64,000 nucleotides of DNA from a virus. Position numbers and translations under genes: made by a program. Below are positions 10,117-20,263 of the stretch, piece after piece. The notes under the pieces are model-generated. The model was not told the origin of the DNA. It did not search any database and saw nothing but the letters and a program-made list of their open reading frames with translations. The stretch lies in IMG/VR virus record IMGVR_UViG_3300012000_000002, positions 1 to 64,000 of that record; one strand, given 5' to 3'. Numbering within the stretch: position 1 is the stretch's first letter; every line of letters starts with the position of its first letter.

Positions 10117-11176
10117 TTCCAGCCATTCTTTGCCAACGATCTAAGTCAAAACCCAAAGATTCAGCCAATGGTTGAGCTGCTTGTTCTTCTTTTTTCTTTT
10201 TGGCACCGCTTGGTGGATATTTTTCTTTTGGAGTATCTGCACTAGCTGTACCGGCTGGGTGAGGATGCTTACTTGGATCAGCGAAGCCACCGGGACCATA
10301 CAAAAATACTTCTGCATCAACGTCTTTTAATGCAGCACGCACATCATCAATGTTTTTGGGATCGTCGTCATAAAAGTGTATTTCATCTGGTTGTTCTTCT
10401 GGTTTGCGTGCATCAAAGTATGTTTTTTTGATTTGTTTACCTTTGTTGCCGCCACCCATACCTTTTACTGGTTGACCAGCTTTGGTGCTCAAGGTTATGC
10501 CTTGATCAGACATGAACTTTGCCAAATCTGTTTCAACAGAAGGTGGATGCTCTTTACCACCAAAATCTTTTGGATTTGATCGTTCTCCAGATTTAATAGC
10601 ACTTTCACCAGAACGTGCAGTAATGATTTGAGTTTCGGCACCGGGAGGAGCGTTCTTCACACGGTTCAACGTTGAATCGATTGGTTCAGCATTTTTAGCT
10701 GTAGAAGAAGGGCTATAGTCCGCAACAAGAACAAGCTTACCGGCTTGTTCTTGATTTCCCGGTGCGGGCTTGTCGGGTGCTATAAGGTTTATATCTGCAA
10801 GCTTACGAGCTTTTGTTAAACCAGCGGAGTTAACATAAACGGCGAATCCTTCTACTCCATCTGGTTGTTCGATTGAACTTCCTTTTGGCCCTTTAAGAAG
10901 TTCTTTTTGCAAACCGTTTTGGGTTACCCAAGCTTGTGCTTCTTGCGCTGTTTTCCAAACCGGTGATCCATCTTTATACATCATGATACCGTTAGAGTCT
11001 GATGTTACACCAAGAGTATCATCAAAGTCAAAGATGTGAGCTTGTTTGTCTGGTGCTGCGTCACCGGGAATCGGTTCGCCCTCATCTTGCTGAACAACAC
11101 CTTTTCTTTCGGATTGTTTTTCGTCTTGCTCAAACAACCAACGATAAACGATTTGGTCTTTTTTGTCTCTTAACAT
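10097..11176 (-). CDS. HAD-superfamily phosphatase-like protein
   Basis: IFDFDDTL (DxDxT), IITARS, Lys motif, FYDDDPKNI; leader ending WLFE and tail RWQRMAGI. Confidence 0.7.
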   Translation of the reverse strand: MLRDKKDQIVYRWLFEQDEKQSERKGVVQQDEGEPIPGDAAPDKQAHIFDFDDTLGVTSDSNGIMMYKDGSPVWKTAQEAQAWVTQNGLQKELLKGPKGSSIEQPDGVEGFAVYVNSAGLTKARKLADINLIAPDKPAPGNQEQAGKLVLVADYSPSSTAKNAEPIDSTLNRVKNAPPGAETQIITARSGESAIKSGERSNPKDFGGKEHPPSVETDLAKFMSDQGITLSTKAGQPVKGMGGGNKGKQIKKTYFDARKPEEQPDEIHFYDDDPKNIDDVRAALKDVDAEVFLYGPGGFADPSKHPHPAGTASADTPKEKYPPSGAKKKKEEQAAQPLAESLGFDLDRWQRMAGIKRRIL

Positions 11177-11200
11177 TGTTGTGAGCTCCTGTTTTAACTA

Positions 11201-12391
11201 TCACCAACGACGACGAATGCCGGGAAGATGGATTTTGCGAATACGGCTTTCTGTTTGAATATCAAAACCGGGTTTTGCGTTAATATCGCCGCTTTGCAAA
11301 GCCGTGCCCAATCCTTCTGGGCCGGGGCCACCATCACCAAGACCAGTTTGAGGCATGATTGGTCTAGGAAACTTTCCTGCTGGTGGTAATGCTTTGCAGT
11401 TTGTTGCAAGAGTTGCAGCAGCTTCTGACCAACCTTGTACATAATCGTTTGAAACCGTACCAACTTTAACTTCTAGAAGGGCACCTCTGGCATCACCTTC
11501 GGCTGCTCCGCTTCGCATTCCACCAAACTCGCCTGCCTCTGGTGGTACCGCTCCCGGTGTTGATGCAGTGTCTGGTTGAGTGTTTGAGTCAGCACCTAGA
11601 GCAACCCGTTTCAATACATCTTTGGCCCAAGGTTGTTTTGAAGCAAGTTGTTTTGCAAACATTATGCTCGTTGGTTTGGCAGTATTTTCCAGTTTTCCTT
11701 TAAGTTGTTCAAAAACTTCCGTGCCCATAAACAATGGACCAGAAACAAATTTTGTTATAATGTCTTCAAGAGACATGGCATATATGTTCATGCCTTTTTT
11801 AACACCTTGAGTTGGTACATTTTGCTTTGTAACCGCAATCGCTGCTTGAGTCATCTTAAGAGCCATTTCTGGGTCTGGTATATCAATGTCAATGCAAGCC
11901 AACTGGATTTGTGGGTTGAAAACCATTGCTTGTGACCAACGGTGGTGACCATCGATAACATATTTTCCACCGGCTGTGATGATTGGGTCGCCGCCCTTCC
12001 AAGCCCCACCAGCATAAAAATTTGCTATAAGACTGGGGTTTTTAAAAGAAAACGCAACTGAGTTCGAAAGATCGATTTCGCTTTGCGTTGGTTGCAAAGC
12101 TGATCCTGCGATTGTCGCAGGTTTAACAGCTACGGATTCGTCTGTGGGGTTGCCGTCTTTTTTGCCAGCAGCCAAGAATGCATGAAGTTTTGGATCTTTT
12201 GCAACTTTTTTTAATTCTTGAACAAACTGTTCATATGGCATTGACCAAAGCTTTTGAATTTTTTCTGCGGTTAATGGATCGGGAGCACTAGCATCTTTAG
12301 CAGCATCTCCACCACCAGCAGCAGCAGCCTTTTCTTCTTGTTCAAACAACCAGTTATACAAGTCACGATCAGATCTGATAGATTTTCTCAT
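11201..12391 (-). CDS. ParB/Srx-like domain protein
   Basis: LQPTQSEID...PIIT....YVIDGHHRW; leader ending WLFE. Confidence 0.65.
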   Translation of the reverse strand: MRKSIRSDRDLYNWLFEQEEKAAAAGGGDAAKDASAPDPLTAEKIQKLWSMPYEQFVQELKKVAKDPKLHAFLAAGKKDGNPTDESVAVKPATIAGSALQPTQSEIDLSNSVAFSFKNPSLIANFYAGGAWKGGDPIITAGGKYVIDGHHRWSQAMVFNPQIQLACIDIDIPDPEMALKMTQAAIAVTKQNVPTQGVKKGMNIYAMSLEDIITKFVSGPLFMGTEVFEQLKGKLENTAKPTSIMFAKQLASKQPWAKDVLKRVALGADSNTQPDTASTPGAVPPEAGEFGGMRSGAAEGDARGALLEVKVGTVSNDYVQGWSEAAATLATNCKALPPAGKFPRPIMPQTGLGDGGPGPEGLGTALQSGDINAKPGFDIQTESRIRKIHLPGIRRRW

Positions 12392-12436
12392 TTTAGTTCT
12401 CCTATTATTTTAGAGTATCACATGATATATATTATT

Positions 12437-12727
12437 ATGGTTAACGATTTGTTGCGTGAACTTATACAACTTCTTGTTTTAGAAGCCGCATTCAATACAA
12501 AGCTTCTTAAGAAGATGGGTTACAAATATGTTGGCCGCAATAAACGTATTGCTTCAGATACTTTTATTCACGCTAAAGACGATAACAATCCTTCTTACCA
12601 TAAAACCTTGAGCAAACGTATAAATAAAAACTTAAGTAAAGGTGGCTACTATCGTAGCAAAAAACACGATACCCTTAAAGACCCACCTGCTATGGGCGTA
12701 TCTTGGACAAAAGGAGAAAAAGGTTAA
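12437..12727 (+). CDS. Small basic hypothetical protein
   Basis: Start MVNDLLRELIQLLVLE placed 5 nt after TATATA. Confidence 0.55.
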   Translation: MVNDLLRELIQLLVLEAAFNTKLLKKMGYKYVGRNKRIASDTFIHAKDDNNPSYHKTLSKRINKNLSKGGYYRSKKHDTLKDPPAMGVSWTKGEKG

Positions 12728-12730
12728 ACC

Positions 12731-13540
12731 ATGCCAGCAAAAAAAGTTAAAGACTTAATAGAGTTCAACAACAGCGTTCCCGACGACTTCAAAGTTAAAG
12801 TAATGTTGGGAGGAAGTCAAATTCGTTTGGCTGCTTCGTTTATAAACAACAAAGGTAAAACAATTTATCAACAGGATGATATTCGTAAATCATATTACGG
12901 AAAGTCTTTTGAAAATTTAAAAGTCGAAAAAGGAACTGAATCTGCTATAGAAAGATACGAAGACCCAACAGATAAACCTATGTTTCCTTGGGGTTCAGCT
13001 AGTTGCAAACCAAACAATGATAAACATAAATACAAATGCAACAACGCTTGGTTTATCAGTCTTACTGAAGTTGCTAAAGGTTATGGCCCAATGCTTTATG
13101 ATTGCTTGATTGCCAAGCTGGGTGAATATGGTTTTGGTTTAACTGCTGATAGAGGCATGGTTTCTGCAACAGCGGCAGCAGTTTGGAGCGCATATCTTAC
13201 TGATCGTCCAGATGTAAAAAGAAAAAAACTGGACTTGGATAATTCAACACCAGAAACTGAAGACGATTGTTATGCTAAACATTCTTCTATTCCTAGTTGG
13301 AATACTTGGTTAGCAGACCCAAAAAAAGGTTTGTTGCAAAGTGACGAAGAACACGAAAAAGAAGTAGAAAAAAGAAAAATCATGCGTGTGGCTGTTAACT
13401 TTGCTTATTTTGACGACGGAATCGTCACGCTTAATGAATTAAGCCAAGCCGGACTTTTGGTTGATCAAACGTTTGGATTGAATGAGAACTATGTTGTTCG
13501 ACGTTTGTATGAAAGCTTTCTCAGAGATTTAAAGCTTTGA
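12731..13540 (+). CDS. Distant GNAT-like paralog E
   Basis: [15 protein letters not shown]...[16 protein letters not shown] resembles the core of the 6180-9403 family. Confidence 0.5.
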   Translation: MPAKKVKDLIEFNNSVPDDFKVKVMLGGSQIRLAASFINNKGKTIYQQDDIRKSYYGKSFENLKVEKGTESAIERYEDPTDKPMFPWGSASCKPNNDKHKYKCNNAWFISLTEVAKGYGPMLYDCLIAKLGEYGFGLTADRGMVSATAAAVWSAYLTDRPDVKRKKLDLDNSTPETEDDCYAKHSSIPSWNTWLADPKKGLLQSDEEHEKEVEKRKIMRVAVNFAYFDDGIVTLNELSQAGLLVDQTFGLNENYVVRRLYESFLRDLKL

Positions 13541-13565
13541 CATTAATTTTCTTTGTTGTTATGCT
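13537..13565 (+). promoter_or_regulatory. Sigma70-type promoter giving a leaderless thyA mRNA
   Basis: TTGACA-N17-TATGCT with extended TG; ATG 6 nt downstream; no SD. Confidence 0.75.
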
Positions 13566-13571
13566 TTAAGC

Positions 13572-14369
13572 ATGACATATCATCACGTTGACCAAACGTA
13601 TTTCGAATTAATCAATGATGTTCTCACTAATGGTGTAGAAAAAACTGATCGCACTGGTACAGGAACAATCTCGGTATTCGGTAGACAAGTTCGTTATGAC
13701 TTGTCTTTAGGATTTCCTATCCTAACCTCTAAACGAGTTCACTGGAAGTCTGTTGTTGGAGAACTGCTATGGTTCCTCAAAGGTGATACCAATATTAAGT
13801 GGTTAAAGGAGAACGGTATTTCTATCTGGGATGAATGGGCAGACAAGGATGGAAACCTTGGACCTGTTTATGGTAAACAATGGAGAGATTGGAACGGTGT
13901 TGATCAGATCAAACAACTGATTCAACAGATCAAGACTAGTCCAGACTCACGAAGACTTATTGTATCTGCATGGAACGTTGGAGATATTCCTAACATGGCT
14001 CTTGCTCCATGCCATACGATGTTCCAATTCTATGTGGTAAATGGTAAACTTAGTTGCCAGCTATATCAACGCAGCGGGGATCTTGGATTGGGAATTCCCT
14101 TTAATGTTGCTTCATATGCGCTTCTAACACATATGATTGCTCAGGTGTGTGGACTAGAGGTTGGAGATTTTGTGCATACCTTTGGTGACTTGCACATTTA
14201 TTCAAACCACGTTGAAGCGTTGAAACAACAGTTGCATAGAACACCATATCCAATGCCTAGATTGATGTTAGCTAAGACTGTTACGGATATTGATGGATTC
14301 GATTTTGGCAAGGTGACATTGGATGGTTACCAACATCACCCGTCGATTAAGTTGCCTGTGGCTGTTTAA
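13572..14369 (+). CDS. thyA: Thymidylate synthase
   Basis: [50 protein letters not shown]. Confidence 0.97.
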   Translation: MTYHHVDQTYFELINDVLTNGVEKTDRTGTGTISVFGRQVRYDLSLGFPILTSKRVHWKSVVGELLWFLKGDTNIKWLKENGISIWDEWADKDGNLGPVYGKQWRDWNGVDQIKQLIQQIKTSPDSRRLIVSAWNVGDIPNMALAPCHTMFQFYVVNGKLSCQLYQRSGDLGLGIPFNVASYALLTHMIAQVCGLEVGDFVHTFGDLHIYSNHVEALKQQLHRTPYPMPRLMLAKTVTDIDGFDFGKVTLDGYQHHPSIKLPVAV

Positions 14370-14749
14370 GACTCTTGAGCTTTCTTTGCCATATCTGTTA
14401 ATGTAGAGACTTGAGATTTAATCGTTTCTACATCTTTGGTGAGAGCAGAGGAATCATTGCCACCAGATGTGGTGGTTCCTGTAGTTGATATCGTTCCCGG
14501 TCCTTTGGGAACCGTAGTTGCTGCTGCTGTTTGATCTGCTCCTGTAGTTGAACGTGACTTTGTGGGTTCTTGCTTTCTCTCCCCAGAGGATTTTTGAATA
14601 ACGTTGATATCTTTTTTCATTTGATCAACGTCTTTGGTTATAGGTTCCAATGCTGTTTTAACAGCATCAGCAACATCTTTCCCAATATCAACGTTCATAC
14701 TTGCGTCGTCTGCTTCGAAAAGAATAGGATAAAGCTTAACGGTTTTCAT
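14366..14749 (-). CDS. Hypothetical protein with head-type leader
   Basis: [12 protein letters not shown] leader shared with the paralog array; Thr-rich linker. Confidence 0.6.
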   Translation of the reverse strand: MKTVKLYPILFEADDASMNVDIGKDVADAVKTALEPITKDVDQMKKDINVIQKSSGERKQEPTKSRSTTGADQTAAATTVPKGPGTISTTGTTTSGGNDSSALTKDVETIKSQVSTLTDMAKKAQES

Positions 14750-14816
14750 TGTTTATAGATATAACTTTATCTTAGATTTGTGTTATGCTAATGTGGTATT
14801 ATAAAGGAGTAAACGT

Positions 14817-15446
14817 ATGTTTGAATTACAAATTAAAAATCCGCTGCTAGCAAAGCCAGAAATTACGGATTCTGGAGAAGTTTCGGTGAAGTATAAATCA
14901 CCAAACATTATTTACGTTAACAAGTTCAACGAAGAATCGGCTAAAGAGTTTATTGAAGCAATGGTTAGTGCCCAAAACACAGGGCAAACAATTATTCCAA
15001 TTGTAATTGATTCTTATGGTGGAGAAGTATATTCTCTTCTTAAGATGATTGATATGATTAAAGCTTCAACTGTTCCTGTTGCAACTATTTGCATGGGAAA
15101 AGCTATGTCTTGCGGAGCTGTTTTGCTTTCTTGTGGAGCAGAAGGTCATCGTTATATGGCACCAACAGGAACAGTTATGATTCACGACGTTGCTAGTTTT
15201 GCTATGGGCAAGGTTGAAGAAATCAAAGCAGATGCCAAGGAATCTGATCGTCTTAACAAGTTGATCTTTAAAATCATGGCAGACAACTGCGGCAAAGAAG
15301 TACCTTACTTTTCAAAACTTGTTCATGAACACGGCCACGCAGATTGGTTCTTGGATGCAGAAGAATGCAAGAAGCACGGAATTGTTAATCACCTTCGTAT
15401 TCCAAAGATTAAAGTATCTTTTGACGTTGAAACAACCTTTGGTTGA
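14817..15446 (+). CDS. clpP: ClpP-family protease
   Basis: IDSYGGEV, GKAMSCG (Ser), VMIHD (His), DWFLDAEE (Asp); AGGAG SD. Confidence 0.9.
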   Translation: MFELQIKNPLLAKPEITDSGEVSVKYKSPNIIYVNKFNEESAKEFIEAMVSAQNTGQTIIPIVIDSYGGEVYSLLKMIDMIKASTVPVATICMGKAMSCGAVLLSCGAEGHRYMAPTGTVMIHDVASFAMGKVEEIKADAKESDRLNKLIFKIMADNCGKEVPYFSKLVHEHGHADWFLDAEECKKHGIVNHLRIPKIKVSFDVETTFG

Positions 15447-15452
15447 TGTTTC

Positions 15453-15989
15453 ATGTGCATAGTCTCGATCATTGTTGCAAAAAGTAAAAACAACGTTATC
15501 GGAAACAACAACTTGCTTCCGTGGAAACTACCTTCTGATTTAAAGCACTTTAAAACTATAACCCAAAACTCTGTTATTATCATGGGAAGGAAAACTTATG
15601 AAAGCATTGGTAAGCCTCTCCCAAACCGTTTAAACGTCGTTGTAAGCACTCAAAAAAACTTGAACTTACCAAACAACGTTACAGTTTGCAATGACCCTAA
15701 TGAGGCGTTAAAAGCTTCAAGAGTGTTGTGTTTAAAACATAACATAAACAACATATGGATTATAGGTGGAGCAGCAATATATCAACAATTTATCAAACGT
15801 GCAGATAAAATGGTTATTACAACCATTGATGAAGATTGTGAAGGAGACACAACCTTCCCAGTTTATAAATCTGATTTTTGGAAATTAACAGATTGTGTTG
15901 ACTGTTATGATGTTGAAGGTTATATGCTGGATAATCCAATGCAAATCGGATTAAAATACAAAATAGAAGAATTTGAAAGGATTTTTTGA
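15453..15989 (+). CDS. folA: Dihydrofolate reductase
   Basis: VIGNNNLLPWKLPSDLKHFK, IMGRKTYESIGKPLPNRLNVV, IIGGAAIY, GDTTFP. Confidence 0.95.
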   Translation: MCIVSIIVAKSKNNVIGNNNLLPWKLPSDLKHFKTITQNSVIIMGRKTYESIGKPLPNRLNVVVSTQKNLNLPNNVTVCNDPNEALKASRVLCLKHNINNIWIIGGAAIYQQFIKRADKMVITTIDEDCEGDTTFPVYKSDFWKLTDCVDCYDVEGYMLDNPMQIGLKYKIEEFERIF

Positions 15990-16528
15990 TGACTAAATCA
16001 TTTACAGAACTAGCAACCAATATTGGTGAATTGGTAGAAAGTAAAAACAAAGCATATGGCTCTGCCTTTGACAAGTGTGGTGATTTCTTAAAAGTTCTAT
16101 ATCCAGAAGGAATCAAACCAGAACAATATAAAGATATGCTTTGCATTGTTAGAGTGTTTGATAAGCTAATGCGTATTGCCACATCTTATGAAGGCACAGA
16201 AGAAAAGAAAGTAGATGCTTATTCAGATCTTATGGGATATGGTCTTCTAGGTCTAAGAGCTTCACTGGAAGAACAAGAATCAGTAAAACAAACAGCAAAA
16301 GAAAAGCAGCTAAAAGAAGAAGGCTTTACTCCAGAACAAGTTGATCGTTGGAAAGAAGTTCTAGCAAAAGTAGAAAGCCGTGATCCTGATGCTACTGCAT
16401 ATAGCGTTGAGGAAAGAGCTCTTCTAAAAGCAGCAGATAAAGAAAAAGATCCAGCCAAGAAAAAGATGGCTAGGGCATTAGCAATTCAACGCCTTGGAAT
16501 ACAACCTAAATCTGTAGGTGAAAAATGA
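15986..16528 (+). CDS. DUF1599-like (nucleotide-modification-associated, alpha-helical) protein
   Basis: KNKAYGSAF...RVFDKLMRI...DAYSDLMGY pattern. Confidence 0.6.
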   Translation: MMTKSFTELATNIGELVESKNKAYGSAFDKCGDFLKVLYPEGIKPEQYKDMLCIVRVFDKLMRIATSYEGTEEKKVDAYSDLMGYGLLGLRASLEEQESVKQTAKEKQLKEEGFTPEQVDRWKEVLAKVESRDPDATAYSVEERALLKAADKEKDPAKKKMARALAIQRLGIQPKSVGEK

Positions 16529-16743
16529 AAGTTTTAAACGAAAAAGTTATTGGAACAAGAGGGCCGTGGGTATTTCGTGCAAGATACGTTGAATACCATA
16601 CCAAAGAACAAGGCAAACACTATCGCCCAGAGATTGTGTTTGAACGCATTGGTAACGATGAAACAGGATTTTCTTTGCAAGACTTAGAGCAACTGCATAC
16701 AGCTTTGCGTATGTTTGCAGAAGAAAACTATCATAGAGGATAA
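16525..16743 (+). CDS. Hypothetical protein
   Basis: 72-aa ORF with ATGA overlap to the previous gene. Confidence 0.6.
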   Translation: MKVLNEKVIGTRGPWVFRARYVEYHTKEQGKHYRPEIVFERIGNDETGFSLQDLEQLHTALRMFAEENYHRG

Positions 16744-16750
16744 AAAGAAA

Positions 16751-16780
16751 TCGGGGAGAGATATTTCTACCTCTCCCCGA
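16751..16780. terminator. Hairpin between convergent units
   Basis: TCGGGGAGAG-N10-CTCTCCCCGA, perfect 10-bp stem, A-run on the left. Confidence 0.75.
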
Positions 16781-16822
16781 CCCCTTATTCAGTTAGGCTT
16801 TTCAGCTTTTACCGATCAAAGA

Positions 16823-19060
16823 TCAGTATTTGCGTGCGCCGTTTCCTGAGTCAAGAACCATTTTCTTGACGATTTGGCAATCCCAGTAAACTGTTCCTGC
16901 TGATGCTGCACCCTTAGCGATGATATCGATACCACCAGCGTAGGTTTGAATGTCTACGTCGAGTTGTGCGCCGAGGCTACCAAAGAATTCTTTGGAAAGT
17001 TCGGTTGCTGCTGCTTGAACATCTGAGCCGTCGTGCATTGCTGCTACGGAGATCTTCCATGCTGCGGCGTTTGAACCACCACGGGCGATAACTTCGATTT
17101 CGTATTTAGCCATGTCACCAGAAACAAGTGTTTGGGAAAGCATTGCTGCTGTACCTGCGTCAACTGTTGAAACTGGGTTTGAGGAAGAGATTGGTGACAT
17201 GTTGATGCCACCAACGACGAGTGAGCCGAAGTCACCGGTTCCGGGCACTGCGAAGGTGCCGTGGAAGGTGGCTGTGCCGTATACGTCTAGGTCACCAGAG
17301 AAGCTTGCGCTTGCTGCTGAGAGGTCGCCTGTAAAGGAACCAGAACCTACTACGTCGATGCTTTGTGCGAAATCTGCTGTACCTGTGACATTGAGTGTGT
17401 CAAGGTCTGAAAGACCTGTTACTGCGAGGCCAGCAAGTGTTGTTTGACCGTAAACGGTCAAATCGTTACCGATGAGTAGGTCACCGGAGATTGATGCGCT
17501 GTTGGTCATTGACACTTGGCCAGCAACACCGAGGGTTTGGAGAATGGTTACGCCACCAGAGAAGCTGCCAGATCTTGCTGAGAGGTCACCAAATGTAGAA
17601 ATGCTTCCTGCGGAGAAAGCACCAACCACACCGGCTGTTCCTTGAACGGAGAGATCTCCAGCAAAGCTTGCGCTTTGTGCGGAAACGTCACCAGAGAATA
17701 GGCCGTGGAATGCGTCGATATTTCCTGAGAATGAGCCTGTACCTGAAACAGCAATGCTTGAACTAAAGATTGCTGCACCTGCTACTGCGAGGCTTGCTGC
17801 ATCGAGTGCTCCTACGCTTGCTGCACCAGCAACATCAAGTGCGCCACCGATGTTGGCATCACCAGAGATGTTGAGCTCACGCCAACGTTGTGATGGAATA
17901 CCGAGGTCGTAGGTGAGGTCGATTGATGGAATCCAATCAAGGTTGGATACCCATGAACCAGATGCTCCACCAATTGCGTTTGCAAATTTGATTGCTGGCA
18001 TTTCGCTGCCACCAACTTCAACTTCGATACCTGCGTTGTTTGACATTGCACGGCCTGTTGAGCCGCTCATGAGGGTTACTAGACCGTCTTCGACAACAAG
18101 TTGTGTAACTTGTGCTTCGATACGGTCACCCATGACGGTGAGGTCGCCGCTAACAATAAGGTCACCAGCAACTGCTGTGTCGCCACTTGAAGCTGCTACG
18201 GTGAATTTGTTTGTTGCAACTGAGAAGTTACCAGCAACGTTAGCTGTTAGAGCAACTTCGAGAGCACCGCTTACGTTAAGGTCAGCCTTAGCGTATACGT
18301 CGTCTTGGAATGTTGCAATACCATCAACGTTTAGTGTGCTGTCGAGGTCTGCTGCGCCTTGAACGTTCATTGTGCTGTAAGCTGTTACTGCACCGTGAAG
18401 GTCTGAGGCAAGAGCTACATCGAGAGTACCGTTGAGGTCTGCGTTACCTGCTACTGCAAGAGCACCACCAGCTTGGAGGTCGCTTGATGCAGAGACTTTA
18501 CCAGCTTGGACGAGGATATCGCCTGCTGAGAACACTGCACCGGCTGAACCTGTAAGTTGAGCAACTGATGCTGTTATTGCAACATCAAGGTAATCAGCTT
18601 CAAGGTTGGTGAATGCTGCTGTACCAGCATGAAGTTCTGCCCAGCGTTTTGATGCTGAACCGAGGTCATATGCTAGATCAGATTGTGGCAATACGTCAAC
18701 CATATCTGCTTGACCGTCAACCTTGAGGGTTGAGGAAAGCAATGCGGCTGCGCTGCCGGTGAGTTCACCAGTGATACGAACTGCTTGTGCAAAGTCAGCA
18801 TCGCCAGCAACATCTAGAAGGTTACCAGCATAAACTGCACCTTGGAGATGTGATTCTGAAGCAATGCTTAGGTTTGCAGAACCAGTGATATCAAGATCAA
18901 CAACGATTTTGTTATCGAAGTCTGCTTGACCTGATACTAAAAGTGTGCTTGCTGCTGTTAGAGAACCTGTAATGTAGGCTTCTGTGGCATCAAGCTTTTT
19001 GTGAAGTGAGCCGCTATCTGATGAGTTTAGATGAGCGTATTTCTTGGAAATAATTGCCAT
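16823..19060 (-). CDS. Large repetitive virion fibre/structural protein
   Basis: Many GxLxVxG repeats; two YDLGxxSxRW motifs; GAGG SD before MAIISKK; strongly biased codons. Confidence 0.7.
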   Translation of the reverse strand: MAIISKKYAHLNSSDSGSLHKKLDATEAYITGSLTAASTLLVSGQADFDNKIVVDLDITGSANLSIASESHLQGAVYAGNLLDVAGDADFAQAVRITGELTGSAAALLSSTLKVDGQADMVDVLPQSDLAYDLGSASKRWAELHAGTAAFTNLEADYLDVAITASVAQLTGSAGAVFSAGDILVQAGKVSASSDLQAGGALAVAGNADLNGTLDVALASDLHGAVTAYSTMNVQGAADLDSTLNVDGIATFQDDVYAKADLNVSGALEVALTANVAGNFSVATNKFTVAASSGDTAVAGDLIVSGDLTVMGDRIEAQVTQLVVEDGLVTLMSGSTGRAMSNNAGIEVEVGGSEMPAIKFANAIGGASGSWVSNLDWIPSIDLTYDLGIPSQRWRELNISGDANIGGALDVAGAASVGALDAASLAVAGAAIFSSSIAVSGTGSFSGNIDAFHGLFSGDVSAQSASFAGDLSVQGTAGVVGAFSAGSISTFGDLSARSGSFSGGVTILQTLGVAGQVSMTNSASISGDLLIGNDLTVYGQTTLAGLAVTGLSDLDTLNVTGTADFAQSIDVVGSGSFTGDLSAASASFSGDLDVYGTATFHGTFAVPGTGDFGSLVVGGINMSPISSSNPVSTVDAGTAAMLSQTLVSGDMAKYEIEVIARGGSNAAAWKISVAAMHDGSDVQAAATELSKEFFGSLGAQLDVDIQTYAGGIDIIAKGAASAGTVYWDCQIVKKMVLDSGNGARKY

Positions 19061-19247
19061 GACGTTCCTCTTGTTGAAAAACAGAGAATACAAGGTACCT
19101 TGTAAGCCATGATCGAATTATCTGGATCTCCCAAGGACATTATATTCACTATTTGACCAAATGGTTGGTCACTGTATAATTATTTTCTCACTTGGAATTT
19201 TTTCGTTGTTTTTAATTTTTTCCTGTATTTTTACACGTTTTTTTAAT

Positions 19248-20255
19248 TTAGCCTACAGCGAACTTGCCATGTAGGGTCCAATCAATTAAGTGAGGTGCAG
19301 AGCCAGTTACGTCAACTAAAAGTTGATCGTTTAAAGTACGAATGTTAAAATCCCAACCACTTGTTGTAATATTTGGAATTGTTTGAACAAGATCATTAAC
19401 AAACAATGTTCCATTACCTTGATTGAACATATAAAGAGAAAACTTAAAACGACTATGCTCAGTAAATGTTGTATTTTTTGCCAGAATGGTAAACTCTGCA
19501 TCAACCATTGTGCCGGTCACAGGAACGTTTAACGTAAACATAGTTCCGTATATTGATACCGAACCTGTCATACCATAGTGGGAAATAAGATTAAGTTCTC
19601 TAGTGGTTGAAGGATCAATGCTGTAGTTGTTAACAAGTTCGTTTTCCCAAACAATGTTACTGCCTTCAAATCTAACTTCTGGACCTTGAATTTCAACAGA
19701 GCCAGTTGTGGCAAAGCTATCTCCTGTGTCAAACCATTGAGCCCCTCCACCACCTAATGAACCACTTCCAGATTCTAATAAGCTTTGAAGTGTTTGACCT
19801 TTATAGATGTAAATTGTGGCGGTTGCTGGAGCAGGACTCGCATTAGCGATTTGTTGAAAGAAAATACCGGGCTGATATTGATAAACCCAATCACGAGAAT
19901 CGAATTCTGTTATTCTTGTTCCGTCTGCTGCCCTAATAACGGCTTCATATGCGTTGCTGAACGAGTGAGGAACAGTGTTATTAATTCTTTGACCGGCTTT
20001 AGGATGCCCAGCAGGATAATATGTGAAAAAGGCTCTACCGTTAGATGTTGGATCTGGAAGTAGAGTCGCTTGAATCTGCTCAACTAATGCAGGATCTGGT
20101 GTATCTGTAAGTTGTGACAGCCAAACAGTGTCAGAACCAACTATAAAACGAAACTCTTCTTCTTCGTTTCCTAGTTCTTTATTTGTGGCTGTATGAGCTT
20201 TACCTTGAGTATTTTTAAATGCTAAGGCAGCTTTGTTCGCATCAGATAACGCCAT
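19248..20255 (-). CDS. Virion structural protein
   Basis: Located in the fibre cluster; C-terminal beta-rich domain resembles those of the 16823 and 32758 genes. Confidence 0.55.
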   Translation of the reverse strand: MALSDANKAALAFKNTQGKAHTATNKELGNEEEEFRFIVGSDTVWLSQLTDTPDPALVEQIQATLLPDPTSNGRAFFTYYPAGHPKAGQRINNTVPHSFSNAYEAVIRAADGTRITEFDSRDWVYQYQPGIFFQQIANASPAPATATIYIYKGQTLQSLLESGSGSLGGGGAQWFDTGDSFATTGSVEIQGPEVRFEGSNIVWENELVNNYSIDPSTTRELNLISHYGMTGSVSIYGTMFTLNVPVTGTMVDAEFTILAKNTTFTEHSRFKFSLYMFNQGNGTLFVNDLVQTIPNITTSGWDFNIRTLNDQLLVDVTGSAPHLIDWTLHGKFAVG

Positions 20256-20263
20256 TGATTAAA

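Noticed and set aside
2196-14369. Introns or inteins in nrdA, nrdB or thyA
   Set aside because: All three are contiguous and of normal length with uninterrupted motifs
17044-18362. Several alternative-frame ORFs within the repetitive fibre gene
   Set aside because: By-products of repetitive Ala/Gly/Ser/Val coding and codon bias
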